Assembly: GCF_001186125.1 (NCBI RefSeq)
Contig: NW_014040429.1
Span: forward strand, 1-40,478
From: Sphaeroforma arctica JP610
Taxonomy: Eukaryota
Direction: 5' to 3'
DNA length: 40,478 bases
The notes beneath the pieces are model-generated. The model was not told the origin of the DNA. It made no database searches and was given only the letters and a program-made list of their open reading frames with translations. A program made the position numbers and the translations under genes. Below are positions 13,101 to 22,499 of the stretch, in pieces (position 1 is the stretch's first letter; each line of letters starts with the position of its first letter).

Positions 13101-14353
13101 TTGCCAAACGGTGGTGCCACAGTCGACGTACCCTGTTCTTGGTGCTGTGCCGCTAGCACCAGTAGCTTGGCAGCAGGATGCTCTACCTCCAACTCACGGA
13201 TGATGGTGGCCGCATCATTCGTCACAAAGAGCTTCTCTAAATGGTTGATGATCATTTTGTTCATGCCATTGGGGCCTAGAGAGGTCTGTACCACCTCGAA
13301 CAGCTCACGGCAGGCCTTGATATTTCGGAATACAGCCTCCTCCATACCAGACATGTGCTGTGTGGAGGTTATAACGGTTGTTGATTAGGTTAGATATCGG
13401 GGGCAGCTCTGATATTCAAGGATACGAGAGTATACGTAGAACACGCACTTTGACGCATGTGACTGTGATGAATGACCTGGGAGCTATCGGGAGTGAGTGC
13501 GAACTGAAGAATTTAAGTTAGTGTGAGAATAAAGTCACATGTGCCAGGCATGCGTTGCATACAATCCCAGACCTCACATACCCGGAGCAAATGACTATCT
13601 ATAGAATTTAGTGTATGTGTGTGTAGGATTCGTGACGAAACATCGATAGTGTAAGACACATCAGTTTTGACATCTGAATAAACTAACATACATGACATGC
13701 ACAAGAATGAATGGCACAGGCCTTCCTGCTGCACTGACTGGCGGCATGGAAAACTGAATAAATCAACAATTATATACTAACCACTTACGTTTCCAAAAAT
13801 GCATCGTTGAAGTATAGACCAACGACGACATATAAAACAAATCAAAGCTTTATACTTATATACAGATATGAGACGAGTATATATTCTTATAAATATGTGA
13901 ACGCTCGCTAGCACATCTACATACACACACATACATATATACAAAATATATATATTTATAATATAAATATATATATATATATATATATCAATCTATCTTA
14001 CAAATTTATATACATATATATATATAGCTAGGGTTAGATGTAAATAGTACACACATATATATAACTGTATATATATATATATAGCTTGGGCTAGATGTAA
14101 ATAGTACACATACACATATGCATAAAAACATTTTCATATATGTATATATATAGATAAATATATGCGTGTGTGTGTGTAAGTATATTGACGTAGAAGTATA
14201 AATATATGAACATGACATGTACATATATACAAATATATGATATGAACACATAAATTGATATATACAAATATGCAAATAAGGATACAAAACCCATATCAAA
14301 TGAAATAAACTGTAACAAATACATACATGAATATATATATATATACAAATATA

Positions 14354-14426
<73 letters not shown>

Positions 14427-14731
14427 TATATATATATATATAGTATATTATACTANNNNNNNNNNNNNNNNNNNNATACATATGTATATTCCAGTTGTGC
14501 ATATTTACCGTCAGCAATAGCTATGATCATTACACATATATTGTCTATATTCATGATAAATATACATGTGTACCGGACAATGGTAGATGTATAATTCTCT
14601 CGAATATGTTATTAGCCTGTGGTTTCGTTTTGATTATTAATACAATTACGCTCTTAAATTTATACGATACTTACCGAGCTTCCGTCTTTCATCATGGACG
14701 CAAGTCCGGTTTGGGGTACTCGCATCGCCAT
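7170..14731 (-). CDS. CCT8: T-complex protein 1 subunit theta (CCT/TRiC), 10 exons, ~556 aa
   Basis: Exons 14731-14675, 13357-13132, 12594-12451, 11852-11701, 11015-10758, 10077-9743, 9361-9266, 8290-8179, 7726-7589, 7322-7170; all GT-AG, 1671 nt in frame. Motifs SLGPNGMNKMIINHLEKLFVTNDAATI, GDGTN, TETKGTVL, PGLDQYAI, IDQIIMAKQAGGP are characteristic of the theta subunit. Confidence 0.97.
7975..8157. repeat. 32-bp intronic minisatellite, ~6 copies
   Basis: Consensus AAAGCATTCGGATATGTGCAGAATATGCTAGT, next to the donor of CCT8 intron 8. Confidence 0.9.
9131..9214. repeat. ~43-bp tandem duplication in CCT8 intron 7
   Basis: GGTTACTAACACATA...ATATAATAACATCATAAT x2. Confidence 0.8.
13915..14480. 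repeat. (AT)n/(AC)n microsatellite-rich tract with a small duplication and a 20-N gap (14456-14475), CCT8 intron 1
   Basis: Pure (AT)n ~14357-14424; ATAGCT.GGG.TAGATGTAAATAGTACACA occurs twice (~14023, ~14081). Confidence 0.9.
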
Positions 14732-15822
14732 GGTTGCTTCGGTTTATGCTAAAGTATAATATACGAACGGATATTCTTTTGCGATCGACGTTAGCACAGT
14801 GAAAGGAAGTTTATTTGTCGAAGTGGGAATAGGCGTACGCTTAGACCGTATTATACGTATACCTCATAGAGTTTGTGTGAGTGTATATAGGCGGGAAAGT
14901 ATCCTCGCAACCTTCGATCGTCTTGATTCCTGAATGTGCCAGATTTGATGACTTGTCATGACAATCACCGATTGGATTGACACACCGCGTGGAATAAACA
15001 AATACTTCGTACGCCGACTGCCGCACGGACATACTGCTGCGAAAACCTTTCGACGGAAAACCCTAAACATGAGTACCGTTATTATATTTATAATACTAAA
15101 CGGGATGTCATATATATTTTTTTGTTACCAATGCCAGCAGATAGAGAGGTGAGTGAATTCCGAATTAGGATGTTCGGCACAAGATTTGAGGCACTTTATA
15201 TTTATCATTATTTCAATATGGAAATTTTATAATGAGACTCTTGTGAGAGCGTACAGTGTATTATTCTCTGTATTTACACTGTTTCAATATTCATGTGACG
15301 CGGAACGATGGGATATGTAAGTCCTAAATTATAATTTATAAAATTAGTAGCCGCCGAAATGAATATTTATTTACTTTGCTTAGCTACATATCAAATAGTG
15401 GGGATTGTGAATCAATAACCTTGCTCTCAATGTTGAAGTCACTGAGCATGTTTTTTTATCTAGAGGTACTATAGCGCAAACGACACGACGTAGTTGTCAC
15501 AATCACCCAGTCACTGCTAAGTAAATTGTTTGCTGAGGCTGACTCGACAAGTATTCTAGTTTTTTATAGTTTTAGAGAACTCGACACTCAATGTGAGTAG
15601 CCTCGCGCCATACTTATCCACCGATTTGAATATATACATATACACAACTAAACGTATTATATACACATGTAAATAAATACAGTTATATATATATATATAT
15701 ATATATCAATAAAGTTAGTAGTATATATATATATATAATATATCTATATATATATATGTGTGTGTGTGTGTGTATAGGTAGATATATTTAAAGACTGACT
15801 ACCTATATATATATTGTATGGT

Positions 15823-18800
15823 ATGCCGTTCTTTCACGTGCAACCGATGTTACAATCAACCTCGCTGCCGCGAGTAGCTCTATGCAGTCAAGCGATGAGA
15901 AACTCCTGCGCTTATGTATCGGCACGCACATCGCGATCACGCCAGAGTACCTCGCTTCTGCCTGTATTCAGGAATGTATGCACGCGTATCAACCTTCAAT
16001 ATGTGAGTGTGAACAGAGGCTCTAAGTCTTCCCTCAGACTTAGATCTCAGGCTCACACCATAGGCGATAGATCAAATAGACCAGTATACTGGCACATGCA
16101 GAGGGACATACACAAACATACACATACGCATGCACCGACGTTCGTTCGAGCTGAGGGTCATCTGACTGCTAATGGGTCGTGCATATACACACAGCGACAG
16201 GCCATAACGCAGAGTGCCAATTTATTACGAACAGACAGGTATGCACAACACACACGCTCAGTTGAGAGTTCTATACGCACGCGCTCATACATCGAAGCGC
16301 GCACACTAGCGATTATTCGTGGGAAGCCTCGGCGTACACGCATAAGGAAGAGGAAAACCAGTAAGCACCAGATAGACAAGGATAGACTATCACAAGCGCT
16401 TGCTGAGACGTACGCACAGTCGTATGCGAAGGCGAAGATGCACACCTACGCACATTCACAATCTCACGCACGCACATACAGGCATGTGGGTGTGCCTGAG
16501 GAGAGAGGTATGCTGAGTGTATGTGTAGCTGGTCTGATACGCGCTAACAAGCGGTATGACGCTGCTGTGAGATACTCGGCACTGTATGGGCAACGTGCTC
16601 GGTTATCTACGAGTGTATATAGCCATGCGGCGAATAACGCGCGTGTGCACAATTCCCAACCAATTGCACAAGCACGCGCACACACACATAGCCCCATGCA
16701 TGATGCACATGTACATGCACACGCGCTTTCGTCGTATGCAGACGAATCTGATCTACAAACACATGCACATGCATACACAAGTGACAATTCCGTAGATACA
16801 ATACGTGTAGCTGCGGTGGGTACGCAGAGTGGGAGTGAGGGCCAAAATGGTGCTTGGAAGGACTTTCTCAAAGTAGCTGGTGGTACCAGTGCTAGTGCAC
16901 CAGCTGAGCATTCGACGGAGGTGGCACGAAGGCTTGTGCGAAGTCAGAATGCGAGGAATAGAGACAGTCTGGTGGATGTGCAGGATGCCATGGCTGACAG
17001 GGGTGCTGCGTGTGAAGTTACACGCCAGGATGCGAGTGCGAGGAGCATTCAGGAAGCTCAGGCAGAACGTATGGAAGCTCACACGGATGAGATACCTAGT
17101 GAAGATCGTCACAGCCACCAACAGCGTGCACAGAAAGTGGTAGGTATGAGGTACTCGCTGAGGAATGAGGATAAGAGAGTCATGCGGGAGTGGGACCAGG
17201 TGGTGCGCGTGGCTGAGAATGTTCGGTACTTGGATCGGCGCGGTGTTCTAAACGCAGAGGAGGGCGAGCGGATGTGTGTGCAGTTGGCCAAGTTGCTGGA
17301 TATATCTAACGTGTGCACAGAAGAAGAGGTCACTGCCGTGTCTATCACCAACACACTACTGAGTGCCTCGAACACGCAGGAGACTGAAATATCGCAGGAG
17401 ACGATGGCCAGGCTACGTTCCATTGATGTGTTCCAGTTACGCACACTCTCGCTGGCGATGGGCGTGTACATTGAGCATCCGTCGATGAACCCGACCAAAG
17501 CGGCACGCAATAGAGATCCGGCTGTGCGACGGAAGGTTGAACGCAACAACGTATACGCTAAACAACGTGTGCTATGTGCCAGGTTAGTGAGCGCGTTACG
17601 AGAAAGGGCGCTGATGTTGGCCACTTTGAAGCCAGATGTGTTTGCGCATGCGGCGATGGGGCTGTCGAGAGCTGCCTACGCCAATGAGCGGTACACCGAT
17701 GCGCTGGTTAAGCTTGCGTTAGTTTGTGTTGACCAGTGGGAGACCGAGCGGGTAGTTGATGCACACGAAAGTGGTGGGGGTGTGCAGGGGTCTTCCGTGT
17801 CACACGAAAGTGCTCAAAGTGCATCTATGTTGTACAGAGGTGATGATGGGGTCGATATCGGGAATGCACGAGCGACTGATTCAAGACTACATCGTCGCAT
17901 AGTAGATAAGAGGAGAGGAGCATTGCAATTTTTTTCTCAAGCGCTGCACAACGAGTATAATCATTTAGTCGACTTGGACGCCGAGGCGGAGGGTCAGTTA
18001 GAGAAGGCGATCAGAATTAGGAACAAGAAAATCAGGATTCGGGAAAGCGGAATGGCGCAAACTCAGAGAACAAAGACGGGAGGCACGGCTGGAGAAGAAA
18101 GTGGTGCAAGTATACGTGGCGACTCTATCACACCTACTTCGTGGAAGGAGAGTGACCGCGATAAGACGAGCGCAGGCATGGACGCTAACGCTGAGATAGC
18201 GATTGACGAGCAGAACATCGCCGCGGCAAGTGATGCGCTGCAAGGTGTGCGTGCGAGGAGGCTGGGCATGCTAAGCGCGCATGCGAAGGTGCTGAATGTG
18301 GTGTTGTCAAACATCTGGCTCGTAGACGTGGAGCCAACCAGAATGAGAAGTAAGCGGAATTTAAACATACTCGGACGAATGTCCAAACGGGTGGATATAT
18401 CGTACTCGCCCGACGAGTTAGAGGCCGATGCGAGTAAGTATGCGCGGGCGTTTGACCAGGGTGAGGCTGTGCGGGGGGTGCGGCGTGGGCAAGACGAGAG
18501 TGGTCCGCTGAACGAACAAGTGTACGTGGCAAAAATGGATGTGCCGAGCCTGACGGCGTTGGCGAAAATCTGCACCCAGTGCAAAGAGCTGTACACGCAC
18601 GCGCTGGGAGAGGTGAACTCGTATGTGGAGGTGGATGGTCGGCTACCGGGCGGCAACTGGCACGCCCGGGCCTACGAGATGAACCGTGCGAGTACTCTGA
18701 ATGGGAAGGATGGCGGACCTGTGAAGCGGAAGGATAGTGTTCATACGCATAGCAGTAGTAGTGCGAGTCCGAGTCCCGGGGGAGAAGCTGTGGGGATGGA

Positions 18801-18900
18801 GAAGTATCTGAGTGAGCTGGAGGTGCTCGCCGAGAGGGCAACTAAGGTCGCCAGCGGAGTCGCCGAGAGAAATCTGGATCTTATGATGATGAGGATGTGA
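15823..18900 (+). CDS. Large hypothetical protein (~1025 aa) with a basic, presequence-like N-terminus; possibly a helical organellar RNA-binding protein
   Basis: Uninterrupted 3-kb GC-richer ORF, first ATG 15823, divergent from CCT8. The first ~80 aa are R/S-rich and lack D/E. AMGLSRAAYANERYTDALVKLA is loosely FAST/OPR-like (inference). Confidence 0.75.
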   Translation: MPFFHVQPMLQSTSLPRVALCSQAMRNSCAYVSARTSRSRQSTSLLPVFRNVCTRINLQYVSVNRGSKSSLRLRSQAHTIGDRSNRPVYWHMQRDIHKHTHTHAPTFVRAEGHLTANGSCIYTQRQAITQSANLLRTDRYAQHTRSVESSIRTRSYIEARTLAIIRGKPRRTRIRKRKTSKHQIDKDRLSQALAETYAQSYAKAKMHTYAHSQSHARTYRHVGVPEERGMLSVCVAGLIRANKRYDAAVRYSALYGQRARLSTSVYSHAANNARVHNSQPIAQARAHTHSPMHDAHVHAHALSSYADESDLQTHAHAYTSDNSVDTIRVAAVGTQSGSEGQNGAWKDFLKVAGGTSASAPAEHSTEVARRLVRSQNARNRDSLVDVQDAMADRGAACEVTRQDASARSIQEAQAERMEAHTDEIPSEDRHSHQQRAQKVVGMRYSLRNEDKRVMREWDQVVRVAENVRYLDRRGVLNAEEGERMCVQLAKLLDISNVCTEEEVTAVSITNTLLSASNTQETEISQETMARLRSIDVFQLRTLSLAMGVYIEHPSMNPTKAARNRDPAVRRKVERNNVYAKQRVLCARLVSALRERALMLATLKPDVFAHAAMGLSRAAYANERYTDALVKLALVCVDQWETERVVDAHESGGGVQGSSVSHESAQSASMLYRGDDGVDIGNARATDSRLHRRIVDKRRGALQFFSQALHNEYNHLVDLDAEAEGQLEKAIRIRNKKIRIRESGMAQTQRTKTGGTAGEESGASIRGDSITPTSWKESDRDKTSAGMDANAEIAIDEQNIAAASDALQGVRARRLGMLSAHAKVLNVVLSNIWLVDVEPTRMRSKRNLNILGRMSKRVDISYSPDELEADASKYARAFDQGEAVRGVRRGQDESGPLNEQVYVAKMDVPSLTALAKICTQCKELYTHALGEVNSYVEVDGRLPGGNWHARAYEMNRASTLNGKDGGPVKRKDSVHTHSSSSASPSPGGEAVGMEKYLSELEVLAERATKVASGVAERNLDLMMMRM

Positions 18901-19319
18901 TAGTAGCGGCAATACAGTCATGCATCCATAAACCTGTTTGGATCCATGCTCGCACAATTGAACTATGGCAACCAGAAATTCGTTGATAGCAATATGGCTG
19001 GTGTTTGCTCAGCTCCAAACATCAAACGCAAAGAGTGTATGCGCAGGTGAGGTTAAAAGTAGTATCTATAACCGAGCTCAAATTGTGTAGAACTATAAAC
19101 AGTTGACAGAAGTGCATGTCAGACTTGGTCACTTGTGGCTGCTTTAACGACATCAATATGGGTCAGAATATCCTATTGACTCGTACACTTCAGTACTTGC
19201 CGCCAAAATAAGAACACGCACAACCGAATTTCTTCAACGTGGCAGCCACACTTAAGAAATTGAGTATAGTCGCCCAATTTATATCGAATATCAGCTCGGA
19301 TTCTACCTTCAAACCTCCA

Positions 19320-19590
19320 TCCTGGTTCAACGAGCCAAACTAAAATAATTAACAATAGCGATATATCTGACAAGGGTTGCCGTGATACAGAATCATGCTT
19401 TAGTTACAATGTCATTGTTCATGATGAACGAGCCAAAACAGTATAATCAACAACAGCGATCAATCTGGAAATTGTTGTCGCCAGACAGAACCATGCTTTA
19501 ACACAAATGTTAGTGTCCTGGAGAAACGAACTAAAGCAAGTAAATCAAAAACAGCGGCCATCAAACAGCGTCATGCTTTAATCCCAAATG
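19320..19590. repeat. Decayed 98-bp tandem repeat, ~3 copies
   Basis: AACGAGCCAAA/AACGAACTAAA at 19329, 19427, 19525; CATGCTTTA at 19394, 19492, 19572. Confidence 0.7.
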
Positions 19591-19876
19591 TGGATAACCT
19601 ATCGTGTTTGTCTTTAGTAGTACATCGTTATCTTCCCGTCGATGATATTTAAAGATGACAAAGAACGTGACGGCCAAATGCAAGTCGCATGTATTTTCCC
19701 GCTTAACCCTAGTTGCAATACCGCATTGCTTATACGTGAGCTCCACATGCCATTACTAGTTTCTTTACTTGCTTGTGCAGTGTAGACTACTTGTCACAGC
19801 AGTGTTTCGATGCTTGATCTGTCTATATTGTTTACTTTACTTTCCGATATCACTGCGGAGATGGCGCCCTCCGGGG

Positions 19877-22212
19877 CTAGGTACTCGAAGCTGTAGCTGA
19901 TACAGGTCTCCTCGCCTCGTATTCTTCAATGGCGTGTCGCAGTGAGTGAGCGGTGCTTAGTTGATTTACATTGAGTGGCTGTCCGGTCAGTGGGTCTGTA
20001 TGATGTTCTCGCACCCATCTATTTGATAAAATAATAAAAATAACAAATGGCTATTTAATAAGTATCTAGAATTGCATACTATGCTAATACCTGCCGCTGT
20101 TCCTGCGAGACTTTCTCGTGATCTTAGAAGGTAAAAACAGACACCACCGAGGCACGACAACCCTGTAAATATAACACGGACCCCTCGACTACAACAGAAG
20201 ATTTGAGCATAAATCGATCTCTGTCCGGGTATGAATTCAGTGTGATTAACAGACTGAAGTAGTATTCTCTGGACCCAGTCTCAACCCAGAACACCTCGTA
20301 TGTAAAAGAACATACCTTGTTATAGCTTCCCTTTCGTAAGAATGTCCAAAAGGCGTATTGACCGGATCTCTCATCACATTCGTTGTGATTGGACAACAAA
20401 AACTTTCGATCTCCTCTGTATAATCGTCGATGCCTTTATCCCTCGCCTATTTATTTGATAAACGCAAACTTATCAGTCAAGGGATACAGCACAGACGATA
20501 ATGCTTTGCCCAGACATGCGCCTACTACACTACGAGAAATAATGGTGCGAGCCGCACATGTGTAATCCCAAACACTTTGATAATTGAACCCAACAAATTA
20601 GTAGAATCGAAACCCAAACTGATATTGTGTGTGTCGACAAAGACGAACTTACCGCTTTCTGTTCGCTGCTCATGCTTTGATCGCTTCCATTACTTGTGTT
20701 CGTTTGTGATTTATATCGATTCCATCTTTCGTCCGTTTGCACTCGATGTGCGGACTGCATACGCCGCGTTTCATTCTCCTGATCTGTGATTTAGTGAAAA
20801 ACAAAAATACTGAGCTCTCGTAGTAGAACTCGTTGCCACCAACGTGATATGGGATCGTAATGACTATACAGCTGTCAACTACATCTCGTAAAATTCGGTA
20901 GTGTGCACACATGGATCTGTAAAATCATACGCAAATGCTGGAAATATGAAGTTGAAAGGCAGTGCGGTACCGGTCAATCCAACAATGTTGCCACTGTAAA
21001 CCACGCCGACTGAGGCAGTGGCGTCTATGGACTGGAATAAGATCGCAAAGTGCAGCACAGCGTTTTGTGAAGATGTTCGATGTACGATGGAGCATTCCTT
21101 TCAAACCATGATAATAGCAAGACATAAAAACGCAGTTTAAACAAATACGATCCTCAATAAAAGTTTCTTACAACGACTCCTCATCAGCTGGGACTAATCG
21201 CAAACACTCCAATAGTTTGACAGGTATTCTGGATATCGATGTGCTGCCCAGGTGCCCGTTGCATCTTCTGACTGATCATCTACACTACCATTCACTCAAG
21301 AGCTCGCAGTCACACTGGTCATTCATAGTAATTCTCTACAGAAAAACGCGAATAGCAATCAACTAGATCATAGCCTGTACTAAAAGGCTATGACTTGAGC
21401 ACCCATAGAATTCAAAGACGAAAGGGGCCTATTGCAATGATAGACTACTGGGCAACTAGCGAAACGTATGCACATGCATATAAAAAGTATTGAACGAACT
21501 TGAGGTTTCCACAGCCGCTGCATATACATATCCACTCAAAACCATGAACAAATCTTGCTTGGCAAATATGCTACCAGTAGATGGTATAAAATGAGCACAA
21601 CATGAGCACACGATACATCGCCTACCACCCCTATGAAACGCCTCGCGTTATATAATATGCAACCCCTCGCGTTAATATAATTGTTTGAGATGGCATTGCG
21701 TTGAAGGTTCCCAACAATAACGATCAGCTCGATATATAATGGGCTCGTCCCGTCACGAACACTGAGATACCGCCAGTAAATCATGATACGTTTGAAGCTA
21801 CACATTACATCAGTCAGCAGACTAGACAGACGCAAAAACAATAGCCTCTTAAATGACACGTTTAAGCTAACAAATATGCTTGTTTCATACATACCTTCAA
21901 CGATAGCGAATAAGCAATTCAACAAACGGATACATCGCACTATCAAGAAGTACAGCTTGAATTCCAAATCATACTCAATATCACATAGGCACGGTAAAAT
22001 CTACATATCCCGGCCATCAGTACATAATACAAACCTTCAGCTACAGCTGAGTAGATCGCACTCCCTGCCAATACAACTGCTGCACCCAGAGCACCCCACA
22101 ACACACTGGCTGCAGGGCTAGTGCCCTGACGTGCGCTGTCAGTTTTTTGCTTGTATCGATTGTTGTTATTGGTGTTGTTGCCACGTTCAGGCTCCCTGTC
22201 GTTTGTTCGCAT
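19877..22212 (-). CDS. Small U-box E3 ubiquitin ligase-like protein with one hydrophobic anchor, 4 exons, ~193 aa
   Basis: Exons 22212-22035, 20783-20653, 20446-20316, 20018-19877 (GT-AG, 582 nt in frame). The C-terminus FCCPITTNVMRDPVNTPFGHSYEREAITRWVREHHTDPLTGQPLNVNQLSTAHSLRHAIEEY is a canonical U-box; hydrophobic segment VLWGALGAAVVLAGSAIYSAVA. Confidence 0.88.
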
Positions 22213-22499
22213 TCTTTCGTGCTATAAAATAGTTCTTCGAGAAGAAGTCAAGGTTCCTTTGTGATATGTTATGGTTTTTCAATGACAACTTTATATGTTG
22301 ATCGTTATACCGTGAAACAGGTTCCTTCGGCCAAATTGTGTGGTAGTGTTCTGATGGGTGTATATGAGGTAGTCAGGTGATGTTATCAAAATATACCCAA
22401 CTGCGCATGATTTCATATACATATGTTAATACAAATGCTCGACTATTAGTACATAACGAGGGGAGTTTACAACTTTACATCCGCGGCTTGGAATTTAGA

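Noticed and set aside
13464..13507. TGATGA...CTGA box C/D-like pair in CCT8 intron 1
   Set aside because: Only ~43 nt long and antisense to the host transcript.
19840..19950. Possible structured ncRNA (CACTGCG...CGCAGTG stem)
   Set aside because: Largely explained as the antisense of the last U-box exon; no RNase P/MRP or snRNA motifs.
21536..22121. 143-aa and 112-aa ORFs in and around U-box intron 1
   Set aside because: No recognisable motif, non-ATG or antisense starts, and not needed for the in-frame gene model.
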